Assembly: GCA_030141605.1 (NCBI GenBank)
Contig: JAQGDQ010000144.1
Span: forward strand, 441,553-505,552
DNA length: 64,000 nucleotides
Direction of reading: 5' to 3'
DNA from: Tubiluchus corallicola
Lineage: Eukaryota > Animalia > Priapulida
The notes under the pieces were generated by a model. The model was not told where the DNA came from. It made no database searches and saw nothing but the letters and a program-made list of their open reading frames with translations. Position 1 is the stretch's first letter, and each line of letters begins with the position of its first letter. Positions 41,836 to 53,794 of the stretch are shown here, piece after piece. The translations under genes and the position numbers were made by a program.

Positions 41836-43721
41836 TTAGAGTAGGTAGCTTTTTAATTTGTTAAAACAATTAACATGTCCTCTTAGTTTAGGCTTAGAAT
41901 TTCTGTATTACGAAATAGTACAATAGCTCTAATGAGTAGGGAAAGGGACAGGATTGATTGAGCTCCCTCAAAAGGGTTGGGGCCATGCCCCAAATACACT
42001 TCCTGCATATTAAACTATCTTTCAAGTCATAAATAGGAAGGAACTAGTTATTTTATATGCACCAATTTCCGACATTTTGGTAAATCTTATCTAAGACTGA
42101 TAAAGCCTTGTAATCTCTAAAATCCTAAAGACAAGTAAAATCCCTTTCAATGATTTCAAGTTGTTCATCTTTTTGTGCATTGGGTTTGCTTAAAAAGTGC
42201 ACTCTACATTGTGACCCTAGAAAAATACATTTTATATTCGCAATATGTTAAAAACTCAGTTGATGAAAATTGTGAATTAAATCAGACATGCCAACTCTTT
42301 ATGCATTAGGTGTGTGTCTCATGCATTTTAAGCCTTTCACACGTGTGCACGCATCAAATTTCAGTTCTCAGGTATTCCACAACTTCACACACAAGTTTGC
42401 AAATCACCTGACTTGAATGGCTTCCTTTGCCACCAGTATCAATCACAACATAATTAGTAGTATCACTCTCAAAAATACAGTAGCATTTGTAAGTTTCAGG
42501 ATGTATATTATACTAAATGGTATTACAATTTTTGAAAACTAAGCACTTTTTAGTGCTATTGATCTTTTTCACGTGTTAAAACAACATTATTTATGTATAA
42601 AGCTTGGTGAACTCCAAAACAGCATAAGAAAGCTCACGGGTACCCAAAAAAATTACCGTATAATAATTTTTATTTTGTTGCCTTAATTTTTTGATAATTT
42701 GATTTTGATGCCCAAAAAAGCAAAACGTTCTGGGTATAGAAAATACCCTCCCTCTTCGTTCCGAGTAGCACTTCTACCATTGGTCATTGATGATTAAATT
42801 TAACAAAAATGTTACCTTTGTGAGGAGAGAAATGGGCGTCACCCTTTGATACCCAGGTAAGCGTTTGTTTCAAACAAAACAGACAACGAAAATAATAAAT
42901 GCAGGCAGGCAAACACAAATGCTGCAGACACATGGATTAATCAGAACTGTAAATGATTTTATTAAAACTTGTAAAAATACAAAATAACACCAAACTCTGT
43001 AAAAAAATTAACACAAAAGCGGTTTTCTTTCCATCTGCTAAAAAGTAGTTCCCAACTTCTCCACCTACTTGCCAAATTATTCCGCATTAACAAAAAAAAG
43101 AAAATTATTATTCCCTACGTTCCTCGCTAATATTTATTTGATTGGGGGATAATTTGCCCCCTAGATCCGTGGTAAGGGCGAGACGAGCCCCAAGTTTTCT
43201 ATGTTTCACACTCATTTTAAGTCCAAGTGGTTAGGAGCTCTGATTAAATTATTTCTCAAAAATGCAAGCATTGCTTCTTGTTCATGCTACATCGCACACA
43301 CTTCAAAGCTTAAAAATACTGTAACATTTTTAGAATGAAAGAAAAGCAAAACTTTTGAGACAATGTGTATATTTATGTAGAAAAGAACATAAACGATACT
43401 ATCTAGATTTATTGACAAAAACTTTCATATGGAAAGCTAGAGAGAAAGTATATCTGTGGAAGTAAAGTAGTTCATGGAAGCTCTGAAAGTCATGTAAGAG
43501 TGGTGGATAGTTTCTTTATGAACGAGAAGCATTTCATAAAAAACTGTGGTCATTCGTCTTTGTTGCATGGCTGCTAGCACAGCTGCATCCCAACTTTTAT
43601 ATTAATTTATAAATAAATAAAATGTATAACACAATTTTTTTATATAATTTGCAAGGTGAGTTTTTTGTGCCTCGGAAATGTTGGATTCACATTCGTGATG
43701 CATTTGTGTATTGAGATTCAA

Positions 43722-46700
43722 TTAAAAGTATGATTCTACTGCTGAAGCAAGTTCTTTTGGTACACAGCGTCCATCAAGACCATATCCAAAATAGTCTGCT
43801 AAAACACAGCGAGTCTGGGGTTTACATTCGACGTCAAGTGCCCATCGACTGCATTTATCTTTGCCATTCTGTAAATAACAAACATTTGCTTGAAGATATG
43901 ATCATTGAAGTCAGTAGATTTGATAATTGTACATTGTATAATATAAAGCAGTCAAATTGTCATTGCTGTCATCATCATCGTCATCACCAGTGCTAATGAT
44001 CACTTTGAATGAATTTTATGCAATAATGAGAAATAGAATTTGATGCATTTTTATAAAAATCTTGATTCTGCAACTTGTATTAGACACCTTCTATGCGCAG
44101 TGGTATTCAATATAATTTCTGCCAAGAATTTAAATTTTTCAGTTTATGTTATTATACAATTTATAATAATATTAATAATCAAGAACATAAGTGTTCGAAG
44201 TTAATCACCTACTTTGTATTTTGTTAAAAGTGTGAGCACTTCGTCTGACACGCAGACGCCATTTTCTCCAAAACTTTCTGACTGTGTTTTGGCAGTTCCA
44301 ATGCATGTCAGCTCATCACCACATGAACCAGAGAACCAGTCACCTTCTGGTCCGCACGGACTTCCAGGACCCTATGTACATGATGTTTTTATACTTGATA
44401 TCTGTTTGATAGATAGTGCTCTTTCTATGAGTATTAGCTCTAAAAGCTGAAATACCTTCAGCAAAACAATCCTATTCATCGGGGCAAGGTCACATATAAG
44501 GCATAATAATGTTTTAAGCTTAATTTTAAAGCTCTGCCTATTAATGTTTAAGCGCTGTTATAACTCCGCATTTCATTAAATAATTTTGATATCAAAGTTA
44601 AAAGACAGGATTATAATATCATCAGTCAAAATGCATACATGGGTTAAAAGTGAAGTATAGTCTAGGAGACAGCTTGAAAACTGTTGAGATTTCATGAAAT
44701 TATAATTTTTATAAATTTAAGAGTCGTTTTGGTACCGTGGAGCTCATTCAGTAAGTACAATTAATCGGTATGGCAATCTTAATGATGCAAACTTTACATA
44801 TAGTATTGTTTTTGCAAGGCAGTGATAGGCATCATATTACTTGCATGTAATCACATATAGACATGTAATTGAGCATTTTTTTATATAGTTCAGCACACTG
44901 TGCAAGCTGGAATCAAGCATCCTTGGGGGGGAAAGCGGTGTGGTCAGAGCAGTGACAAAGAACTGAAGATCTTCCAACAGATCTTGCTTATTTGTTGAGT
45001 ACTGATTGACGACATATTTTTTTAATGATCTTAGCATCCAGTCTGTCTTTCAGGATAGCTCCAATGTTTTTACGGACCTGAAGTCCAGCAAATTTTCAAG
45101 CTATTCAATTCATCCGAAAAAATAATTCCACAGTTTTTAGGTCAATGCTCCGATCATACTGCTCAAGACTACAAGCTGCGCATGATCTGCAAAGCATGAT
45201 AGATATGCAATTGTTTAAACAAAACACTGATGTAATAAATTGTTCTGTACTATTATTTGTTACTTTTGTAAACCACCACCCATAGCAAAATGTTGTGTAC
45301 CAGCTTGTATATAGATGGTGGCAAAATCAGAACCTAGGATTTCATTATCTGTGATAACTGGTAAGCCTTATAATGGTGAAAGCTTGAATTGACCAATCTA
45401 GGCATCTTAATCACATTAATTTAGTTCAAGAGTAGTTTTATTATAATAACTTAGATTACAATATGGCTAGATACTGGAACAAGACAGTTTTACAACTAAT
45501 AAATGTTCTCACCAATGAATCATAACTCTTGGAAGAGTGCACACAAAAAGTGAACAGTAGAAGCATTGCAGTATAACTACTAGCAAGGTACATACATAGC
45601 ATAATGTTGAGAATAACATTAATGTTACTATGTAAACGATATAAACTAATACAATGGTAAGAAGCACTTAGTAAGAAAAATAAATGTCTAGTTTCAAGCT
45701 TAAATACTTGAATATTAACAGTTAGATGTAGATGTTGATTGCCACGAGGAAGCAGATAAACAAGTTCTTTTGTTGACAAATTATAAATTCTAATATTAAA
45801 AGAGAATAAATAAGTACAGAGTTGTTCAGTAGGCCTACTCGAACTTGGAAAGTCAACTAATTAGAAAACGCATAAGGATATCAAGAGATGCACCTCATTT
45901 ACAGGTAGGCGAAACAGGTAGAAGACAATTTCCTTGTATCTGTTCCAAGTATGAAATTTTATTTTACATTTTTTAGGTTTGACATATGTCCACAAGAAGA
46001 AATGCTTATAAGATTTGTCTCACCTTTGCACAGATTGGGCAGCATTCGCAGTCAGGTGTTCGTTCTCCATACTGGCAATTTTGAGATGGAGGACATGGGT
46101 CTCTTTCAACTATAATTTTGAATGTTCCATCACTCTGCAGCTCAATTCTCTGTTCTTCACATACAGCAGTGCATGCTAGGGAATACTTGATAAACAGTAG
46201 TCTGAAAAAGTGCAAAGTAATATAATAATTGATAGACTGTATAACACAAATTAAGACTAAAGGGTAACTAAAGCTTTCATGACGATAGAATCTGATTAAG
46301 GCCAGGAGACAGACATGGTGCTGTCCACATTTTTGATATTAAGCTGTGCTCCATGGTCAATTTGCAAATTTTGCAACAAAGTTTTTTATAGAGAAAGGTA
46401 GTCAAGTCACTAGATTAACTTTGTCTGTTATTGGAATTTACAAAAAAATATCATTTGAGCAACAATAATGTAAAAAATACTGTACTTTGGAGGCTTTAAT
46501 TGTGAATGTAGTCAAGGTACAATATTATAATACCTACTATTAGCGGCACCTAGTATATTGTACTTCATTTACCAGCAATGTTTAAAATTAACAAGAGATT
46601 TTTTTGAAATGGAAGTGTAAACTATGGAAATTAAAAAGTGTATTCTTTTAATTGTATTTGAAATTAATACAAAATTTTATCTTACGCTGGCATCAAATGT

Positions 46701-47149
46701 AAGGCAGAAATATATGCCTTTAGACAAAAAATTGTATAGAAGTCTTATTTACAAATATGTACTTTTTGTGGCTCTTGTGGTTATCAGAGTTATCAAAGGC
46801 AACCTTCAAATCTCGGTCTTTATGCGAAGTCAAACAAGAAATTAGACATTATAAAACTTTTAGCTGTATTGGCCAGGTGCTTTAATTAAGACAGCAACTG
46901 CCTGAATGATAGAATTGCTAATAAAGCTAGGAAAATCAGGAGGAACAGCTGTTCTGACTTTAAAAGAGTCACTATCCTAAAATTAATTTTTGTTTAAATT
47001 TTCATCATTCTATTTACATTTTGTAACTGGTGTTTTTTTTCGTGGTTATAGAGCATTGTCATTGAGTATAATACCTAATCAGATAAAGAGAACAATTCAA
47101 ATTTGATTATATTCACTCACCCAGACAAAATTGCAATAAACTGCGCCAT
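43722..47149 (-). CDS. Secreted cysteine-rich protein with an IGFBP N-terminal (IB/neuroparsin-like) domain plus an extra 4-Cys module, 170 aa
   Basis: Exons 47149-47121, 46201-46024, 44371-44213, 43868-43722 (TAA), with consistent phases. Hydrophobic N-terminus MAQFIAILSGLLFIKYSLA, then CECCPICAKGPGSPCG...CGDELTC...GVC. Confidence 0.8.
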
Positions 47150-47233
47150 TCTGGAGTTTTTTTGTGTACCTATTTGTACCGAGACCTAGACAGTAAGTTG
47201 GTTGGTTAATGATGAAATCTGCAACCACCAGTC

Positions 47234-47239
47234 TTTATA
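47234..47239 (-). promoter_or_regulatory. TATA box candidate for the IB-domain gene
   Basis: TATAAA on the minus strand, ~85 bp upstream of the ATG at 47149. Confidence 0.4.
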
Positions 47240-50102
47240 TTCAAATACTTTTAATTATGAATCATTCATGTGGGTACTTAGGTAGCACTATCAAAGCATA
47301 ATACCATACCGCCATGCGGGCTGTTTTGTGGGCAGCACATAACGTTTTAAGAAAACATGATTTTTATGCTGGCTTTTAGTGCGAAGAGACATAGAAGAGA
47401 TTATGGAGGTGTTGCATAATGTCGAATCATAGCTTAATAACAGACGTAGCTTAATAACACATATATACATATGACACAAAAAATACAATGCTTCAACAAA
47501 AATAATTTTTATTTTGTTGTACTATTGCAGTATATTCATGGCTGCTTAGAGACACTGTTATCAAAGCCTGACTTAATAACTTTTTCATATTTAATGGCCA
47601 CGTAATAATAATAGTGATCAGCAGTGTAGTTGCAAAAATTTAGCAGCTGGGAGCTGCATTGGCTGTAGATGTTTATTTTTATACGTGCATGTGTGAAGCA
47701 GCCGTTCCACTTTGTTCCCCTCAACTACACCCTTAATAGTGATTATAATGATAAACATGATTAGCTAAGTAATATTAGAATTTTTGTGTATAGCAAAACA
47801 GTATAATATTTTTGTAGTGACTCAATGCTAGATACCAATAAGTTATTGCTTTAACTGTAGCAGCTCATTGCCAAGTTTGATAGAGCTGTAACAGTAGTTA
47901 CTAATCTCAAAATTTAATGTTTCAACCAATAGTTCAACTGTCTAATCACTAGTTGAACTGTCAATGCAATGTATAAAATCATAACTTTTCATTAATTATT
48001 ATGCTGTCCTAAAAGTGAAGCCTGTGCTTTCAGTTATTGAAACACTGTCATAATAATCATGCTAAATTTAAGGTGGCTTTCAAGATCTTGTTTTTAAAAA
48101 TTGTGATTTTTACTGTCAAACAAAATAAGTTAAATATGTCTTGCATTACAAAATGACTTTACCACTCCTATACAACAAATAATGAACAGGTAATAAAAAT
48201 GCAAAAAGTACACTATCCATAATAAATCTTTATTAAAGTGACTATAAGTTCTTTATCACTATTTATATCACAGTTGTAGAATACTCGAGTCTGTAGACTG
48301 ATCACCGTAAAGTACTTGCGAGTACAGAATTTTCAAATTGACTTACACTGTCCTTAGAGCTTCACATTGCTCAGTTTACGGTAACAAAACACTGACAAAA
48401 TGCACAATTAACAGCTATAACTTCAAGTGTTAACAAGAAGTTTTTATATCAATGTTCTTTCAGTTTAATGGACAGAATATTTCCAAAACCTTTCAATCTT
48501 CAGGTACTAAGAAGAGTTGTTAATCACAATTAATGATTACACATTAAAAACATTATTTCTGCACAAAACACTATAATTCACTGAATCAGGCAACAATCTG
48601 AAATGTCATGACACTATAGAAAGTATGTAATTTTTGACTGAATTAAGCAGCTTTTACAGAGATTAGAACAAAAGTATATGCAAAATGTACAAAACAGTTC
48701 AGATCATCACACCTTAAAAACTGAACCAAAAGGCTATTGTACAGTCACAATGATAAATGCTTCTAGAAAGGTGCAGTTATCATTATTATACAATGATACT
48801 TATACAATGGGATTAGAAAATATACTGTAAATTACTTATATTTTGTATGTATCAGTGAGTTAAATTTATTTTTTCCTGGCAGCAGGCATAATTGAGAAAA
48901 TTACGTAAGAATCTACAAAAGCACCGGATAAAAAAATTCAGCAAGAATTAAACAGAATGATTGGGACTTCATCTACTGATTCATCTACCTGTATATTTCA
49001 ACATGTAATGGGTTTAATTGTGAGTGACAGTCACAAGTGACTAAAAGCAAAGGAAATAGCTAATTAGTCATGCTACGTATTAGCAATATGCGAAGTTGAG
49101 TATCGTTGACTCTGAGGATTGGTGACGATTAGCAAAAGCTGTTTTTAGGATGTTTTATCTCTCCGACTATTTCTCTAGACACCGCGGCCAGTTCATTGGC
49201 TGTTCTTACAAGATTATCTTGAATTGTGAACTAGGTTCCAGTTCTAGAAACGACGCAGTACGTTTGTCGAACTGTGCAAATAAATTTTAGTCTATACTAT
49301 AATTAATATGACTCATATGATATTTAACTTGCATATTGCATGTAGCAAATTGTGTGCAACATTAAAAGTGTTGGACAGCTGACAGACAAAAGTAAGAATG
49401 TGTGCTCAACATAGAAAGAAATGAATTTAATTACAAATAACTTACTAGTATGCCAAAAACAACTGTAAAAAATATCACTTTTTCGAGTACACTACAAATA
49501 CAACTTAGGCCACATGTCGTTAAATTGTGGAGAAGTCAAACATTCTTGCATGGAATTCCTTGGTTTATATTTAAACGAATCAACTCAACCTGCCACTAAA
49601 TCATGATTTGTAACGTTTAAGCAAATCACCTTTATACAGGCTCAATAAAAAGTTCTCTGTAGTCAAACTACAAAGTCCCCATCAGCTCCAATACATATAA
49701 ATATAGTCATGTACTCGTATTTCACAAAATTCTCAGCAATTTCTTAATAAGCAAGATAACAAGGACAGTAATATTCTGCAAAAAGTAAAACATTATCATC
49801 CTAATTTCAACAACATTCTACACGATAACAACAAGCATAATTATAATAATAACAATGAACAATAACCTTTGAGCAAAAGCAATTGTTAGTAGCGCACCAC
49901 GTAGCTGTTAGTTTAAGTTGGTATTTTATTTACTATTTAATACATTTTTCATGTAAAAAAGGGGAATGTCAGCAATGTTTACTGAAATCTAAAGCAATCA
50001 GAAATCTCAAGAAACATATCTGCAAAAGAACACTGGACTGGTTCACAATAACATTTGGAGATGATTACATCAAAGCTGTAAAACGTTTTTTATGGTATAC
50101 TG

Positions 50103-50584
50103 CAGGGGTGTGCAAATTATCTGACTAGCCAGGCCACATTAAACTTTCCCGCAATTCCTGCGGGCCACATGCAGTTTGATCAAGGAGCCAAGTACAGAAA
50201 GGCCTAATAACGATTTTTTTGCATCCGACTTGCGTACATCATTACTACTACACTCAAGAAACTATTTTAGAAGTTATTAAAATTTATATTACAAACCATA
50301 TATTTCTACTTTCAGGACAGATAGTGGTAATTTCATTACAATGCAGATTAGTAATGTGTATCACACAGTCTGTGTAGTACAGTGTTATTAAGCTACAACT
50401 GTCTTGTAAGGGTTAATGGCATCCGATCTAGTAGAAAAAACTACCCGCACTATCTTTGGGATCATGGCACGGACTTCAGCTGGATACACTCAATTAATCG
50501 CCCGGGCCGCACTTTCATTAGGTTGACAAATCTCTTCGCGGGCCGCACAAATTCTCTCGGCGGGCCGCACTTTGCACACCCCTG
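50103..50584. mobile_element. Non-autonomous hAT (Charlie-like) DNA transposon, 482 bp
   Basis: Perfect 14-bp TIRs CAGGGGTGTGCAAA/TTTGCACACCCCTG, an exact 8-bp target-site duplication GTATACTG (50095-50102 and 50585-50592), and subterminal GGGCCGCAC repeats. Confidence 0.92.
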
Positions 50585-50978
50585 GTATACTGCGTAAAAG
50601 CTTGTGCCACCTGTTGACAACAAAACGAAGGAATAATGAGTTGAAGCCTTTTTAAGCAAAATGCAGCAAGCAAGCAATTATTACAGGAATTTTTTTCAAT
50701 AGTCAAAGTCATATTTGAAAATCATGGGGTGTTGATGAAATTCTTTGTAGCTGCATAAGTATATTTAACAACCTACACAAAAATGTCTCTATTAATAATT
50801 AATTATAAAGTTGCATCATAGTTTCACAATAAGTATAACACTAATCAATATAAAAATTGAGCACAATTTGTGCGCATTACATCACAAGTATCAGTAATAT
50901 ATACTATTTTAGCACATCACATGGATCACAGTTGCCTGATCTAGAACTGACATACTTGAGAGCCAGCATGAAATTCTA

Positions 50979-52452
50979 TTATGAGGACTTCTCTTCTCCA
51001 TGTATGCACTTTGCCTCACCTTCTTTGGCTAATGACTTCATGAGAGACTGTTGTACATAAAAGGCAAAAAAGAAGTATCCTACAGCAGCGCCAGCTGTGG
51101 CTGAGATAAGGAACCAAGCGTTGTAGGACATGACTATGAGCATGAGCAGGTATCCAACCACAACTTGCACTCCGTGCAGTAGAGACTGAATGCAGTGATA
51201 CTTGAACCTGGGGTGTGTAAATTACGCCAATTAAATGACAAATCCATATCAGCAAAGTAAAAGTGCAGATGTTCATTCACACAAACATTTACCACCAGAT
51301 AAAAACTACAGATGTTCATTCACACAAACGTTTACCACCAGATAAAAACTATTAGATGTACACAACCAAGATGCAATAAATTCCGTCTACTCTCACTTTT
51401 TGCTATGATAAAACATGAGTAGGCACTAGATGTATGAGCAAAACTGCAAAAACAACAGTACACGAATTACATTGTAACCATTCTTACTGTCCAAAACATC
51501 TAGTGTTTCCACATGTTCTCAACTATTTGCTATTGGATCCTTTTAGTAGATTAAGTGAATCCCTTGCTATTAGATTTTTCTAGTAGAGTCAAATCAACAA
51601 TTGCAATTGCAGCTATTAATTCGCAAAAAAAATTACAATAGTATGAAATTTCTTTTATTCAGTTATTCCATCACACTAGAAAACACTGCTTATATCTGTT
51701 GGTGTCCTCTTTGCTGTCTTTGTAATTAATCAGATGGAAAATTAATAGACAAAATTTCTCATTACAATAAATAGCCTTCCGTGCAGACAGAACACTACTG
51801 TACCAAACTTTTGTCTAACACAGCTGTGTATACAGGATGCAGTCGAGAGACCTATGAGGTGTGGGATCTAAACACATTTTGGATTTTCTTTATGTATGAA
51901 AAAATTTTCTAGTGCAATTTACTATTAGATTTATTATAAGTTTAACTTATTTTTTAGTACTAGTTTTACTAAGCAGACAATTTGGCAGAGCAGCAAATAA
52001 TGTTTGCTGACTTATCCTTCACAGCCTTAATGAACAACATAAATGCAAAAGTAAAGTAATGACATATGAAAACCAGCAGAAAACAGAGAGGCATAGAACA
52101 TGGTTTGACATTTGATGAAAAGTTGAAAATGCTGAGGAAGTAAACTTATTGAATTACCTTTTAAAAAGCTAATATGTACAAATATGCGAAGTTTTTAACA
52201 TTACCTTTCACAGTTAAATTCTCGTGTTTTAGATGCTGCTTGAGTTGCCCGTGATCTTGACTCTGAAATAAGCTTATCTTCACCATCTTGGGACTGTTCA
52301 GACGTAACAGGCTCATCTGAGAGCTCTGAGACCGTAGGAAGAGGAAGCTCGTCAGGTACTTCTTTAGCTTTTAGCAGCAGCACCTGCCTAAATGTCTTTA
52401 GTCCTTCATACAGAATAGCAAGACAGCCAGTGCCAATTACAAGTGAACACCT
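50979..52452 (-). CDS. CTR/SLC31 copper transporter, last two coding exons; N-terminal exon(s) not found
   Basis: Exons ~52452-52205 (CLAILYEGLKTFRQ) and 51207-50979 (HCIQSLLHGVQVVVGYLLMLIVMSYNAWFLISATAGAAVGYFFF). The TM2 MxxxM (MLIVM) and TM3 GxxxG motifs are present. CTR1 versus CTR2 cannot be resolved. Confidence 0.85.
51266..51351. repeat. 43-bp tandem duplication in the CTR intron
   Basis: cagatgttcattcacacaaac[a/g]tttaccaccagataaaaacta occurs at 51266 and 51309. Confidence 0.9.
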
Positions 52453-52867
52453 CTGAAATGAGATGTACAAATTCTCATGTTTGTGACAGGACCAAAATAT
52501 GACTTATTATCAAGGCTAGACTTCAATACAAGCTACTGAACTAGCAGAAGTGTCTTAGCCATATTTCTTCCCTCAACTATAATCAGTGTAGCAAATGAAG
52601 ATGCTTCGAGTGAGTGTTGAATGCAGCTGGTCACAAGGCAGTCAGTGACCAGTCTCAGCATGGCTTACTTTAAGTCACGATGATATATGCACATGACCCC
52701 TCGGCTATCATCACTGTCTTTAAAAATAGTAATATGTAGTAGTAATTATTTGGCACTAGAAAGTAGTACAAACAATGGACACTAGAGGTACTTCCTCAAC
52801 ATACCAATATGTAATAAGACGAAGTATGAATAACACAAATTAATTCTTAATGACAAGAATGGGGGGG

Positions 52868-53125
52868 AAAAAGAAAGAAGAAATGACACGAGATTTCAAA
52901 GTACCACTTACTTTATCTTCATGTGAAAGGGACGGACAAATAAATCACATTGAATTACCGATGCCATATTTTTGGAGGATTTTTTTTGTTCGTAATAAAA
53001 GTAAAAAACTTTGTCCAAAAAAACATTAGCATTAGTGATTCAATGCGGTTTATTTGTCTGGTCTCTCACATAAAGATAAAGTAGGTAGGTGGTACTTTAA
53101 AACGTCATCTCTTCTTTTTGTTTTT
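52868..53125. mobile_element. Foldback/MITE-like imperfect inverted repeat
   Basis: aaagtaccacttactttatcttcatgtgaaagggacggacaaataaatcacattgaat (~52898-52955) pairs with attcaatgcggtttatttgtctggtctctcacataaagataaagtaggtaggtggtacttt (~53038-53098). Confidence 0.65.
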
Positions 53126-53794
53126 CAACTGTGGGATTTTTTTTAAATTTAAAACGTATTAACACTCTAACGCCATACATCAAACTTTTACATAATGTGC
53201 GAATCACATGACGTTACCAAAAAACTTTAAAGAAAATTGCAAACTTGATCGAAACTCGCTGAATGTGACAAATAGCAGATTGGCCTATTTTCTTAAAAAC
53301 CCGATGGATTCAAATTTACGGAAACTGAGCCGCAATACATCCAGTAAAACCGAATGTATTAGGCAAAATTTTTTAGGCTAAGTTAGTGAATTTCTTGCAA
53401 TCAAAGTAACTCGGCTTTTTTCTTGATTTAAATTGTGGCTTCAAGTTTCAACAAGGTCACACACGAGTTCCAGCAAATGTGGAGTTAAAGACACAAACTG
53501 CCAGCATTCATAATAAGCTAACTGACGACTTTTGACGTCAGAAAAATGAAGCTACACAATACGAAGTATCCTGCTTTTGCCTATATACAAGAATAAGCCA
53601 TATAGCTAACACAGTTCTAACTGATTAGCATTTGTGAATTTATTGTAGTGTAAGATTTATTAGTTCCTCAATTTCACACTCACACTGGAATGCCACTAGA
53701 AGAGTAAACTGAGCTAATAACAATTTGTTCTAACAAAGGTCTACGAAAGCAGCGATTATTGCCCGCCAGCACACGAGTGGATTTCCAAAATTAC

